Shown piece after piece: positions 13,228 to 27,768 of a stretch of 64,000 bases of DNA; positions within the stretch are counted from its first letter, which is position 1; every line of letters starts with the position of its first letter. The notes beneath the pieces were generated by a model. The model saw only the letters and a program-made list of their open reading frames with translations, was not told the origin of the DNA and made no database searches. Source of the DNA: Octopus vulgaris (taxonomy: Eukaryota); assembly GCA_951406725.2 (NCBI GenBank), contig OX597818.1:21266001-21330000 (forward strand). Reading direction: 5' to 3'. The position numbers were made by a program, and so were the translations under genes.

Positions 13228-14090
13228 CAGGGTGCAGTGAATAAACTGTCGTCTGAATTACACAAAAATGAATACACATCTCATTTTAACAGATATATTT
13301 ACCAAAATTACATAAAAATATCTTGAAATATTAAAGAGTAAATTTATTCAATAAAATTGCCATTAGCTTCAACCATAGCCTCCAGACGACTTAGGAATCT
13401 CCTGCAACTCTTCTGGGCGGTCTCTTTGTTTAAGTCGGTGAACGCTGCCATAATCCTTGCCTTCAGTTTATCTTTGGTGTTACAAGGAGTTTTGTTGGTC
13501 TCTCACTCAATTGCGCCCCACACATAATAATCAAGGGGTTTGCAGTCTGGGGACTTAGCTGGCCAAATGTTAGGATTGATGTAGTCGCAGAAAGTGTCTG
13601 ACAGCTATGACTGTGTTCTCCAGCTTGTATGGTATGGTGCAGAGTCCTGTTGCCAGACATAGGGTCTTCCAGCAGCCACTCTCTTGACCCAAGGCAGCAC
13701 TACCTCCTCCAGGCACTTGATGTAGGCCTCCGTGTTGAGTATGAGGCCATGTGGGAAGATGAATGGAGGCATAACTTCACTATTACTAGTGATCACACCA
13801 AACTCTATGATGTTGACTGGATGTTCAATTTTTATCCTCGCTACATGTCCTCAAATTGACACCCAAATGCTCTGAAATGTTCATATTGGAGCTTCTGGCA
13901 TAAATGCCAAGCAGTGCAGCATGCCAATTCCAAATTCCTGGCAGAGTGAATTGCATCATGGTGCTGTTTTTCTCACAGACAGTGCCCAACTGACCCTACT
14001 ATACTGTGTAGTTGACAAAATCAAAAACAAATGGTGCACATATGTGAAATTAAGAATATAAAATGGTGACAATTTACTCATCGCATCATG
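13228..14090 (-). mobile_element. Internally deleted maT-like transposon
   Basis: Degenerate TIRs (CAGGGTGCAGTGAATAAACTGTC and GACAATTTACTCATCGCATCATG); MPPFIFPHGL...YVWQQDSAPYH. Confidence 0.8.
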
Positions 14091-14539
14091 TGTGTGTGTG
14101 TGTGTATAAATATATATATATAATCAGGCATATCAGACTGGAGTCTGGTGCAGCCCCTCAGCTTACCAGCCCTGTCAAACCATCTAACCCATACCAGCAT
14201 GGACAGTGGATGTTAAATGTTGATGATGATCATGATATATATACACATACATATGTATTTATGTACCTATATATATCTATATTTGAATATAGGTAAGAAG
14301 TTTGCTTCTCAGCAACATGGTTCTATGTTCAATCCCACTGCATAGCACCTTGGATAAAATACCTTTGACTGTAGATCCAGGCCAACTAAAGCCTTGTTAG
14401 TAGCTGTGGTAGATGGAAACTGAAAGAAGCCCATTTTATATGTGTTGTTGTGTGTGTATGTGTGTTAATGTTTCCTGGCTTTGACATCGCCACCATAATG
14501 CAAATGGTGTCCTTCATTTTCAATATACTGCAAAAGCTC

Positions 14540-15000
14540 TCAGCTTCCACCATGGCCCTGGAACCTCGTACATGTGTTCCTCACTCTGTCCCTGGGAAAA
14601 TCTTTAAACACCTCCTTGATCTTGGCCACCAACTTTGTCTCGGTGTTGCAGATAGAGTAGTTGGTGTCTTTCTCAACTGTGCTCACACATAGTAATCCAT
14701 GAGATTGCAAATGTGGGAACTAGGAGGCCAGAAATCGGGGCTGGGGAAGTCATAGAAATTCTCCGACAACCACTTCTCACTCTTTGTGGAGATATGGCAA
14801 GGAAAATCCTGCTACCCCATATAAGGCCTTCCAGCAGCAACCCTATCCAACCAGGGAGTGACTAGTCTGCAGCAACTTCACATTGTAGTCTGAATTGAGC
14901 CTAAGACCCTGTTCAGAGATGTGGGGATGAATTCTGGCATGCAAGTGAAGTCAGAAAGCCTGCTGGCCACAGCTTTGTGGTCTCCATTTCAGCTGTCCTT
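14540..15000 (-). mobile_element. maT-like transposase fragment
   Basis: WPPSS..CN.MDYYV-like motif and similarity to the 13228-14090 element. Confidence 0.6.
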
Positions 15001-15499
15001 GTCATGTCATACAACCTTTACGGTGTTCACAGAGCACTGACTAGCAATCACGATGTCAGCATTTTGATACCTGGCACAAATCATCATGTAACTCTTTTCC
15101 AGTATTCAGATAACTTCCAATCTTTCACGTCAGCTAACTTTTTCTTAACTATAACCTTAATCTTTATGCTCTCCAACATTAACTGTTCACCAATACATCT
15201 AGCTTTTCCTGAAGAAAGGAGACATAGTATATCATCAAATTTAGCCCCCAAATCCTATATCATCATCATTTAATGTCCGTTGTCTGTGCTGGCATGGGTT
15301 GGATAGTTTGACCAGGGCTGGCAAGCTGGAAGGCTGAACCAGACTCCAGTCTAATTTGGCATGGTTTCTATGGCTAGATACCCTTCCTATTGCCAACCAA
15401 TCTGAGAGTGTAATGGGCGCTTTTACATGCCACCAGCGTGGGTTCCATTTGTGTGACTCTGGTATCTACCACACAATACAATATTTTTACAACCGTTAT

Positions 15500-17326
15500 G
15501 GCTTCAAAACCTCACACCAAGTCATCCAATGCATGATTGAAATAAATATAACGTCTGTTTTGCAAATCACATCATCCAAGTAAATTTTCGAATTTATTGC
15601 ATACTGACAATTTTTTGATAATTTTAAGATGAAAAACATCGCTGGTTTTTGACACAGAAAGGGCAGTGTCTCTGGCATATCTGATTTCTAAATAAACCTT
15701 TTCTTTATCTGGTATATCTGCCATGAGATAGGCATCTACCTCAGTGCTGCAAGTAAACAGTCCACCATGATTTTTCAAAATATCTGAGTCAGCTGTTTGT
15801 CATCTATCCACTGCAATGTTGATTTTCTTCTCCTGTCCCTCCACCATTAACTACTGCTGGCAGTTATCCCATTCTTTAATGATGTCAGGCACTCATCCCA
15901 CCACCCAATCCCACCAAGTTTGGTGAATTTGGTATATTGCCTCAATGCCCTGGACTCTCGACGTTCAATCAGATCAGCCGACTTGGATTTAACTTGGGAA
16001 GAAGATGCTAATTTGAGTTGCTTGGCACCTCAACAACTCAACTCATTGATAAATTCCACACTGTGTTCTGAGTCAAGATTGTGAATGGAAGCTCTCTCTA
16101 GCTAAGTCTGTGTTTGCCAGAGCATGAGGAGACTGATGATGTTTCCAAAATGAAACAGAACTTCCTTCTGGTTCTGGAAACCATCTGCTAACTTTGGAAG
16201 AAGCCTTGACAGTACTTTGAATAACCTCTGGCTTCAACTTGGTTGCAATAGCTTCAACAGTACAGCATATATCTTCATTATATCTGGTTTCTTGGAATCT
16301 GCTTGAAGATACAAAACTGAGTGCAGGACTATATACATTTAGCAGTAGGTTTGGATCTACTATGGAAAGGTCATCATAAAGTTGTTTGAAAGCAGGTACA
16401 AGTTTTGAGTAGGTTGTGTTTGTTGAAGTGATGAGTGAAAGGAATGGTTCAACAAGGTGCAATCCAATCAGTGCTCCTGTGCAATATAATACTTTGAGGA
16501 ACTCCAGATCTATGAAACATACGATAGAAGCCAGTTGGTTTGTAACATGCTCATATTTTGCCAAATACGATGCAACATAATCCAGGTGGTACAAAGTTAT
16601 TCCACATGTCAAAATGAGACGGTTAAAGCGTTCATTCTTCAGGGCAACAAATTTATTAACCCATGGTTGAGTGAGCATGTCGAATTCACTGGCTTTGTTC
16701 TAGGACTTGTGATCAAAATGATGATTGATTAATTTTGTTATGCAGTCAAGAGCCTGTTCAGCGACACTGGATGAGCTTGATGTTACATTTACAAGAAAAC
16801 TCAAATAAATTTTGTCTCGTCCAGTTGTGTTCTCAATGTCACTCCACAATTTAGTTATTATAAAATTGAACATAACTGAAGGGTGCACATTGCAAAACGT
16901 GTTCATGTATGTGTTCTGTGCTGGGATTTCTTGCTACGACCTCTTCAACCCCAACATTGTGTGGTGTTTGATCTGAGATAACAAAATCAATTTTTTCAAA
17001 TAGTGTTTCAACTAAAATATTACTTGTTGCTTCTAGCAGCAAAAGTACAGTCACTTTCAAATCAGCCAGGTTATTTCTTGCTTCTGATGCTACAAGCGGA
17101 ATTGGCAGAGGTCTGTAATGACCATCAATAGTCAGCCCCAGGGTGGAGAAAGATCTGGCTTCCTGTTTTTTGAGATCCATTACCAGAATAAGTAATTACT
17201 AACTTTGTATCAGAAGAGATGATTTCTTTTACAAATTCATCCAATGCAAGGAGTTCAATATTTTTACCAGCCTCCCAAATGTTATAGTGTGCAGGTAAAG
17301 TGTCCAGATCCATGAAATCTGCCCGG

Positions 17327-17360
<34 letters not shown>

Positions 17361-19010
17361 GGGTGCATAAGATATTTGAGGACAGATTTATGTTTATGAA
17401 AAAAACCAGATATATAATAACAGATAACTTTATTTATCAAAAAATGCTATGAGGATAAAAATAAACCTTCTTTTCTATAATGTTATTCAATAAAGTCACA
17501 TTCAGTTTCAACAACTGCTTCTATATGAGATCTGAATCATCTACCTGCTCAAATCAAGAAGTCCTGGTTCATTTTGGACATTTCTCTGACTATGGCAGCT
17601 TTCAAAGAATCTTTGGTGTTATGGGTGTGTTCATTGACCTCTCTCTCAACAATGCTCCACATGTAATAGTCCAATGGATTGAGATCTGGGGAATTAGGAG
17701 GCCAAATGTTAGGGGTTATGTGATCATGAAAATTTACAGCCATCCATTCCTGTATTACTAGAGCCATGTGTGATAGTGCAGAGTCTTACTGAAACATATG
17801 GCCTTCCATTGCATACACTGTCTATCCAAGGCTTAACAATTATTTCCAGGACCTCAATGTAGGCAGAAAAGTTAACTCTAAGGCCTTGTGGAAAGAAGTA
17901 AGGAGGCATCACATGTCCTTCATTACTGACGACCCCTAAAACCATCACTATTGCAGGAAATTTTGTATGCATAACACTTGGAACTTCAGAAGGGTCTGCA
18001 CATAACCATCTGTCATTCCCTATTAACTTTTTGATCTTGGTCAAAGCTTTTCTTATTTGAGAAAAACCAATTCAAATCTTCTGCCGGATTTTTCAGTTTG
18101 TTTAAGAGCCTTTTAGATCTGATGTAGTAATTTTCTTTTGCTTTTTCTGACAAATTGACCTTTCCTCATCATATAAGACTTATATCTGATGTCTTCATGG
18201 ACAACATTTCTGACTGTTCTTTCTGACACATGGAGATCTTTTGCAATTGACCTCATGGACTTTCTGGGATTGTAATCAATGGTCTGTTGAATTTGTTGGA
18301 TAAATTCAGGTGTACTGATGATTTCAGTGTGTTTAGATTGCTTTTTATGCTTTGATACTAGTGACAGGTTTCCATCTTCAGTCTCTAGCTCCTTACAAAC
18401 TCTGCGGACGAAAGATCTGGCAACTTTTAAAAATAGAGATATTTCTGAATAGCTATGCTTAGCCTTTATAACCACGCATGCCTCTTCATTTCTTGAGTAA
18501 GCAGGACTGGTATTATTATTTTCTGAAACAAAGATTATACAGAATTAGCAAAAAATGCAGCAATGACCCCCAAAAAGGTATGTCCTCAAATACCTTATGC
18601 ACCCTGTATATGTGTGTGTGTATGTATGTATTTACATGTTTATATATATACCTATCTATGTATATGTGTTTTTATATGTATATATGTGTGTTTAGATGCA
18701 TATATGTATATTTGTGTATGTTTTTTTTTATTTCCTATATACTAAATGGAAAGTTATGCTATTGTTGTAGTCTCTGGTCACTATGCTTCAAGAGTTTTGG
18801 TGTGTATTTCCCCCAGTCAGTTCATGACCCCTTGACGCTGTATAAACTTCTTTGCATAATGTAATATGTACCCTACATGCATGTATGATGTATTGGAGCA
18901 GCTGTAGTCTCTTGAACTGAATATGGTAAATATTTCCTGCAGGCCAATGGTAGGACCAAATCCAGTGATGAAGCAGACTAGCAGTATTTGAACACTGTCA
19001 TCAGTCAACG
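15500..19010 (-). pseudogene. Decayed DDE-type transposase with CxxH motif, split by the maT insertion
   Basis: Fragments TYSGNGS, ISDQTPHN, FCNVHP, LKNERFNRL, HNLDSEHSV; the frame F-H-L-V|Y-R-A-D-F-M-D-L-D rejoins across the 17330-18740 insertion. Confidence 0.6.
17359..18606 (-). mobile_element. Full-length decayed Tc1/mariner-superfamily transposon, DD37D (maT) type
   Basis: TIRs CAGGGTGCATAAGATATTTGAGGACA and TGTCCTCAAATACCTTATGCACCCTG; HTH fragment (SMRSIAKDLHVSERTVRNVV); D-SALSH...PPNSPDLNPL-D spacing counts to 37 residues; stops and frameshifts. Confidence 0.9.
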
Positions 19011-19605
19011 AAGTTAATTACTGCTTAGCTCATTACCATCTGTGCTATCCTTACAAACCTAATGATAATACCACAATAAATTGAATTAAGATACTAGTAA
19101 TAATAATGGTTTCCAATTTTGGTTACAAGACCAGTAATTTTAGGTAGTGGGAGTTAGTTGTGTGATTGAATTTTGCATGTTTTTGAAGTAACTAGTGATT
19201 GAAATTTAACAAGGTTTCATATTGTTTATTTGAGAGGATTAATAATTATTTCAAATTTTGCCAGAAGGGCAGCTTGTGGGAGGTGGGAATGAGTCAATTA
19301 CATTGACCTCAGTATTCAACTGATATTTATTTTATCAACCCTGAAAGGATGAAAGGCAAAGTTGACCTCGGCAGAATTTGAACTTAGAATGTAGCAACGG
19401 GCGAAATACCGCTAAGCATTTTGTCCACAGTGCTAACGATTCTGCCAGCCTGCTGCTTTTGAGAGGATTAATAATGCTTGTTGATTGGTTATTATTGGTC
19501 ATGTTCATGCAACATCTTGTAAGAAGCAAATCAGTTCTACAAATGTTCCCTAGTGCAGCATTGTAAGTGAGCTTGCTAGTATGCATGAGCATACACACAC
19601 ACACA

Positions 19606-20165
19606 CACGTGGTGCATTCCAGAAGTTTTCAAACTTTAGCAGGAGAGACATCAATTTCAAAGAAGTACAAAATTCTATTCTCCTCAAAGATTGATCTTCT
19701 GACTTCAAAGCACTTGCAACACTCTGGCCACTTTGTGAAGGTGTCCAGGACCTTTCTGACAATCTGCTTCATCTTCAAAACTATTGCTTCTGAGGTCTCC
19801 TTCAGCTTGGGAACAACAAAAAGTCACAGGGAGCAAGGCCTAGACTGTAAGGAAGATGAAGGGCAATTTTGATACCCATCTCTGTCAAGTAGTTGGTTAC
19901 CTGGATGCACCTGGGAACAAACTTTGCACAAATTCTGTGCATGTTCAGATCTTCTTGATCCTCTTGTACCAGTGAAAAGTTAACCCATATGCAGCCTTTC
20001 ATATGTTTCTGTAGCATTTTCACACAGTTTAACAAAAAATTTTATTGCATTAGTGAGCTTTCAGACATCCTGACTGCATTTTGCAAACTAGTCAGCTGTG
20101 ACCAGCAGTGTTTAGTATGGTGTGTTCAAAGTGCAGTTACAGTTGTTTACTTCAGTCTGGAACAA
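19606..20165 (-). mobile_element. Mariner (YSPDLAP-type) deleted relic
   Basis: CAKFVPR and HLPYSLGLAPCDFLLFP motifs. Confidence 0.75.
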
Positions 20166-21194
20166 CAAAAGTTGGCAGATCAGCTTACTAGATGTATATT
20201 AATGATATACTAAAATTACAATAATTTAGGTCAGTTATAACTACCTCTTCTATGATATGAGATATCTTCTGTAATTTTACTATTACAAAGACTCAGTAAT
20301 TTTAAGAATTGAAAACAACTCTTTCTTCTTAGCCAGAAGGCCACTTCTGAACATTTTATCTAAAATGAAAGTCATTAGCAATTTGAAAAACTTATAACAA
20401 TACACACATTCGTATGTGTGGTGTATGTAGATGCTTTCGTATGCATTATTATTGATGCTTAGAGATTGTGAGATGGTATTTTTCATTGTGAATATTTGTG
20501 TATATGTTTGTATATATATATATTTGGGATCTCGATGAGCATCTATTTATTTGTCTTTCTGTCTATATCATCATCATTCAATGTCTACTTTTCAATGCTG
20601 CATGGGCCAGGTAAAATTTGTTGAGGCAAATATTCTATGGTTGGATGCTCATTCCTGTCATCAACATTCACCTGTTTTCAAGCAAGGTAATATTTCCCTA
20701 GTCACTTGATATCAAACTAGATTGTTTGTTTGATGGTGATGCTTCTTTACAACCATCATGCTGTATTAAGACTAGGGTACACACAAAAAGACACATATGT
20801 ACAATGAGTTTCTTTCAGTTTCCATCTACCAACATTTACTCACAAGGCTTTGGTCAACCTAGAATAGAAGAAACTTGCTCCAGATGCCATGCAGTAGAAC
20901 TGAACCTGAGACCACATTCTTAGGAAGCAAGGTTCTCAACCACATAGCCATGCCTATAAAAAAAATATCAATCTTCTTCACCATCACTGTCATCAATACC
21001 AGCACAACCTGCTACAACACCCAAGACCAATGCAACCACCACCATTACCAACCCACCAACTCTAATGACCAACAACAACTGTATGAACAGTATAATTTGC
21101 TATTCCATCTAAACTAAAAAACAATTACATGAGACAATGTAGTACTCTAGTGTATTAAAAAGTTGAACAAGATCTTTGATATTAGGTCAATGAA

Positions 21195-21405
21195 AGGTGG
21201 TGAGCTGATAGAATCATTACCGTGCCAAGCAAAATTTTTAGCATTTCGTCTGTCTTCACGTTCTAAGATCAAATTCTACCAAGGTTGACTTTACCTTTCA
21301 TCCTTTTGGCGATGATAGAATAAGTACCAGTTGAGCACTGGGCTCAACGTAATTGACTTATCCCCTCCCATGAAATTGCTGGCCTTATACCAAAATTTGA
21401 AATCA
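21195..21405 (+). mobile_element. SINE family C
   Basis: GAGCTG..AGAATC..GTTCAAATTC..GACTTT.CCTTTCATCC..AAGTACCAGTTGA. Relatives at about 9250-9810, 19270-19450 (-) and 52485-53070 (split by an RTE tail). Confidence 0.7.
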
Positions 21406-24400
21406 ATATTAGGTCAATGAGGATTGAGGTGGAACTAAATATCAGCAACAATTAAGAATAACAATGGTACTATTGCCACCATCCATAATACCCTTACTGT
21501 CATCATCAAAGCTAATACAACCCATCACCACTATAAACCCACCAACTTTTGAATTACTAATTGGCTACAACAATTATAGTACCAGCATATGTATTTGTGT
21601 GTGCACATGTGTATGTGAGTAGATTGTAGGGTTTTTATGGTTCAAGTCAGATGCAAGGAGCAAAGTGCCTATGAACCCAGTAACCCTTCAACTAACATCC
21701 CATCACACTCCTTCACCTTTTCATCTTCTCACTTCCATTTTTACGCCTAAAGGAATAGGACAACAATTCTTTGCTTTCACAAAATAGTTCTTTCTTGGTG
21801 CTATTTTTCTTTTACTGCATATTTGTTGTGGATAATTGTTGATCACTGCTGTCGTTGGATTTATCTTCAATTCAAAATGTTTGGAAAGGATCTGTCAAGT
21901 GGAATAGAGGGCTGTAGTGTGAAATGGAAACTGTAAAAGGATTACGCTGGATATTAAACTTGTTGTTTTATAAAGGTTTGATGCAGGAAGAAAAATCAGC
22001 CACATAGCTAAAACATTAAAACTTGCAATGTCTAGGACCTACCTCATTAAGTTCCTATGTGTTTTCTGAGAATTTCACTGAGTTCAATTCAAAACCTTGC
22101 ACATTAACAGCACTGGATCTCTGTTGAAGATACCACTTTTACATGGCTTCTACATGTTTTATTTTACTCAACTTTCATGTTGGGCAAGATAAAAAAACAG
22201 TTTGCTTTTTTTTAACACTAAATTTCACAAACATACTACGAAGGCACTTTGATATAATTTACTGTCACTAATTTTTCTGTCACATTTAAGTTCAAAGGCT
22301 TTCTTTTTGTTTTTGCTTAATGCCATTATCGGTTGAAATAATTGCAAAATTTTACAAAAATGAAGTAACGATTCAGAAATCACAGAAGCAGTTCGTGGAA
22401 TTAAGGCAGACCAAGGCCAGAAGTGAATTTTCCCCACATTTCATGAAACAAATGTGATAGTTCTGTTTGTATGTGCATATGCACACACACACACACACAT
22501 TTCCTTCTTGCTGTTAAACCTTTCTAATGAGAGATTAAAGAGAAAGTAAAGCAAAGAAACCATATGTTGTCAGTTGACATGCTAAAAATAGAGGCAAAAT
22601 CTTTTGATTACAACCTACCATTGGAAGGATAGATTTCATGATAATTTAAAATAACACGATGAGTGTAGCTGGAATGTCTTTAATCATAGGTCTACTCAAT
22701 CAGAGCTGTCCTGTGATTAAACACTGTCATTGTCAACAGGAGTAATTTTTGTATCTCTTTTCTTTTGGCTCTCTTTCAAAGTGAGCTTTGTTAATAAAAT
22801 AGAGATTTCATTTTCTCAAGGTATAGCTACTATGGCTCTGTTTGGTCGCTCAGAAAGGTTTTATTTTTTTCAACACAGTACTATGGCCAGCTTGTTTATC
22901 TTCAGTGATGGTAATTGAAGTTTTTTGCTATTGGATTTTAAACATCTTTGTATGCAACACAAAAATGAAAAACAGCAACCCAAAGCTCAATTTGCAACCA
23001 TGTTGTTTTGAGTTCACTCCTACTGCACAGCACCTTGGGCAAGTGTCTTTTGTCCCAGGCCAACCAATTTCTTGTGAGTGAATTTAGTCGGCAGAAACTG
23101 TGCCGAAGTATGTCAAGTCTATGTGTCTAGGTGTTTGTCTCCCCCAATATGTCTCTGAAACTTTGTGGTTCTGCAAAAGACAAAAGAGGCTGATAAATTA
23201 AATATTAGGTTTAATTTATTCAACTAAACCCTTCAAGGTGGTGCTCCAGTATTGCCACAGTCCAATGACTGAAGCAAGTAAAATACATAAGATGAAAGAA
23301 CACAAAAAAATAATTCAATAATAAAAAATGTTAATTCAACAACATCCCTAATGAAAAATGAGGTGACCACTGAAGTGAAAGCAGCAACAGTTTGATGAAG
23401 TGAAATTAATACATTATTCACAAAGATTGCTACACTTCATTCCATAACTCTCATACTCCTCTTTCTGTTCATTCTCACTTAGAAGTTCTTGCTCACACTT
23501 ATTCTTTCTTTCTTGCTTTTTACCTGTTACTCTTTCATCTATTTGCTAACCACATCAGCGGTATTTCTTTTTTACTCTTTTATTTCTTTGACATGCTGGG
23601 TCACTGCCTGACAGGATTTTAGTCAATTATTTCAACCCCCCAGCACACACTTCAGTCTTGTACATATTTTATCGTTTTCTATTTGTTGAACAGCTAAGTT
23701 ATTGGACATAAGGGAGTACTATATAAACCCCTTCTTTCTTCTTAAACTAGTGTAAACAGGCATGGACCCCACACAAATCTACTAAAATAACCTTGTAAGT
23801 TTGTCGCGCTTTGACTGTGACTTGAACTTCACCTCTTACAACTTTTCTCAGTGAAGTGTATTTGGTAGGAGTAGTTTGTTTCTTAGACATCAAACAAATA
23901 TATTTGCAGGCGTATAAGTGAAGGTTCATGGCTCAGTGGTTAGAGCATTGGGCTCACAATCATGAGGTTATGAGTTTGATTCCTGAACCGGGCTGTGTAT
24001 TGTGTTCTTGAGCAAGACACTTTGTTTCACTTTACTCCAGTTCACTCAGCTGTAGAAATGAGTTGTGACATCACCAGTGCCAAGCTGTATCAGCTTTTAC
24101 CTTGCCTTTGGACAACATTGGTGGCATGGAGAGGGGATGCTGGTATGCATGGGCGACTGCTGGTCTTCCATAAACAACTTTGCCTGGTCTTGTGCCTCAG
24201 AAGTGCAATCCCATGGTCATTCATGACCAAACGGGGTTTTTACTCTTTACCTTCTTTTTATATAATTTGCACTCTCACAATGCCTCTCTATTTTACAAGT
24301 ATATTTTATGGAAAAAAACAAAACAAATTTAGTATGTTTCATCATACATCCATTGAAAGGTTTTTTTAAAGTGGTTTTGTAGGAGGAAATTTATGAGTTT

Positions 24401-26586
24401 GTACATGTAAATACAATGTTGTGATAGTATACTAGAACGCAGTTTGAAACCATAAATTTATCATAAACTACATTATGAGAGTAACATATTTCAACTTTAT
24501 CGTCTTTCAGTTCAGCTGTATATTTGTTTATATTTTGACCAAGAGAATTCCCATACAGGACATAAAACTTGTATTTCTGGTTGTGGTGTTTTCTGTAAAC
24601 ATGATCAGCCATTAGGGTGGTGCACAACCACAATGGTTTTGTTGTCGTTTTTTTTGTTGCAAATTACTGATAGGCAAATGGAAATTAAACATTCCTTTCA
24701 TATGTTTTGGGAGAATTTTTCATTTAGACAATTAGAAAATGTTTCTTAAAGGTAACAGTCATTAAATAGTGTAAGACCTATATCAAGTGTGAATTATGTA
24801 GGTTGGGGATGGAGGTGTATTGAGTTGATGTATCCTCCCCGCACAACTACCAACGTACTGTTTACAATTTTTTGTAAGTTTCTACTGACATTATCATCCT
24901 TTAACATCTGTTTTCCATGCTGGCATGGATTGCACAGTTTGAAGGAGTAGGCAAGCTGGGGAGCTGTACCAGGTTCTGATTTGGCTTGGTTTCTATGGTT
25001 GGATGCCCTTCCTAACACCAACCACTTTACAGTGTGTGCTGGGTGCTTTTACGTGGCACCAGCACAGGGCTCTTACAGGCCAACCCCTTTCATTAGGAAG
25101 AGCAGCCTTAACACTTCTGCTGTTGAGGACAGGTCTTCTTGAGTGCAGCAAGGTGCCAGATAAAAGACTGAGATAATTTAGCTTGTTTTCAATATTATAT
25201 TATTCGTAATCAATAATATTAATACACTTCGTTTTGTTTGTTTTTGTCCATACCTGTGCTGCGTGTCACTCTTTACTTCAAAGGAAGAAGTGAGTGGCAA
25301 AGTAAGAGAGAAGAGGACAGAGAAAAAGTAAAAGAGAAAGAGAGTGAATGGTGATGGCATTCATTTTGTGTTTTTAAATGTTTCAGAGAGGAAGTAAGAG
25401 AGAAAGAGAGACAGTGAGTGGTGACAGTGTTCATTTTGTGTTTTTAAATGTTTATCACATTGCAAGAAAAGTAGATACATAGATGGAAAGAAAAGTTGAT
25501 GCATGGATACAGACACACATTGTTAAATTAAAAAGAGAAAAGTTGCCAACAGGTGGCTACACGAAATTCAACTCTCTACTTTAAAGAGTGGGTTCTACTA
25601 TAGCCTCAGGCCGACCAAAGCCTCATCAGTGGTAGACGAAAACTGGTAGACGAAAACTGAAAGAAGCCCGCCATATATATAGTTATGTGTGTGTTTGCCC
25701 CCCCCCCATTGTTTGACAACCGATGTTGGTGTGTTTGCATTCTCGTAACTTAGCTGTTCAGCAGAAGAGACAGATAGAATAAGCCCCAGGCCTACAGGGA
25801 ATAAGTCCAGGGGTTGATTTCTTTGACTAAAACATAGTGCTCCAGCATGGCCACCATCAAATGACTGAAGCAAATAAAAGGATAAAATACCAGAAGAACA
25901 TTCTATACCACTAAACCAAGAAGGTTCTTTGAATATATACAATGTATTTTAAGGCTAAATAGTAATTATGTTTGCGTCACAGATATTTTGGTTGGATGTT
26001 ATCGGTTTTATACTTCTTTCTATATTCTGTAACAGTCACAATATAGAAACATTTCTAATAGCACCAACAGACAATTTACAGATGATTATATTTTTATATT
26101 TTCTGTGAATTTTTCATGCGTCCAGCTAGTAATTATTATTATTATACCTGGCGGACTTATGCACATCTGGCTCCCTAGTGTATGGTATTCAGTCTTTCAT
26201 CCTTATTACAGACACACTAGGCACAGAGCAATTTTTTGATATATTTAAAAACACAAGGTGTGTGTCTTATACGCTAACAAATATGGTACTTTCAGTGTAT
26301 TTTATTTCACCTGTACTGTGTGTAGTGAAGAGGATAGTAGAAATATTATTGAAAAGGATTTTGTTTGCTTTTCATAAATTCCTATACAGGATGAATACAA
26401 AGAGGTGACAATTGGAGAACCTCAACATGTACAAAAACATTTGGTGCATACTAATGGAGACACTATTGCACAGAGAAAACCTAGATTGTTAAGTGGAAGA
26501 ATATGCTATCATCTGCAAAAGTCTCCCTCATCCATTTACTCTGACTTTGAAAAAGTGATGAGTTGTCATGCTGTTGTGATATTTAA

Positions 26587-26808
26587 TTCTTTAGCTTTCA
26601 GATTAGTTTTGTCAAATATAATGCATATTTATTCACATTGTTTTGAATTAATCATGTATTATCTTGTAGCTTTGAGATTTTGAAGATGGGATTGTTTAAT
26701 TTTAGTATGACATTGTAGTGCAGGTGTAAGAAACTGTATTTGGCTGGTTTGAACATAAAACAAAATAGAATATCATGGCCAGATATGGCTAGTTTAAATG
26801 TTAAAGAG
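26587..26808. mobile_element. piggyBac-like TTAA MITE, second copy
   Basis: Reverse-complement similarity to 59814-60033; TTAA at 26583-86 and 26809-12. Confidence 0.7.
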
Positions 26809-27233
26809 TTAAACAAGGCTAATGAACTGTGTTGAACCAGAACTTGAATAATCTATATTTATGAATGCATGATTCAAAGCAACCTTGTCACAGATGGTGA
26901 ACATTGTGAAAAAAACACATTATTGTGCCAAGAATTAACAGACCTTTTGACACCACTGCCACTCACCCTTACATAATTGCATTTTCTAATTCTAGTGACT
27001 CTCACAGCAACAGTTAATATATTTCAATGATAATCATTAAATAAAATAGGTCAGTTCTTTTCTTATCTATTTCCACATAGAAAATAGTATATTGTTCTAT
27101 TAAGAACTCCTAGGTATGATGCAAGTATAATGGCAAATCTAAAAAAATAGTCACCAATATCCTGTACACTCAAATTACCTGGTGTAAAAAACCTTCTTAT
27201 GTATCATATCATCTGGATACTTAATTCAGATAA

Positions 27234-27267
<34 letters not shown>

Positions 27268-27438
27268 TCATCATCATCATCATCATTTAACGTTCGTTTT
27301 CCATGCTTGCATGGGTTGAATGTCTTGACAGAAGCTGACTGGCTCAAGGGCTGTTCAGGCCTCCATGTCTGTTTTGGCATAGTTTCTACAGCTGGATGCC
27401 CTTCTTAACACCATCTACTTTATAGATTGTACTGGGTA

Positions 27439-27496
<58 letters not shown>

Positions 27497-27499
27497 TTA

Positions 27500-27768
27500 A
27501 TGTATTTGTTTTGCAAGATTCTTGATGTGAAATTGTGCGTTGAAACAGGTATGGTTATACTTGGGGATGGTCATATTTTGCTTATTAAACACTATGTATT
27601 TGGTCTTCACCTCAGCTTTAAGCAGAACGGGAGGGGACGGGGGATAGAGAGTTGCTGAAGAGGTCACAAGGTGTGTGACAAAAGAATTTTGACAAATAAA
27701 CTAAAATAATAATAATAAAGCTGCATATGTTTAATTGGCAAAAATATATGACCATCTCCAAGTTTAAC
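27500..27768. mobile_element. Old fold-back element with decayed hammerhead-like core
   Basis: Arms 27554-27592 and 27727-27768; CTGAAGA-G-GTCAC-aaggtgt-GTGAC-AAAA at 27655-27683. Confidence 0.55.
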
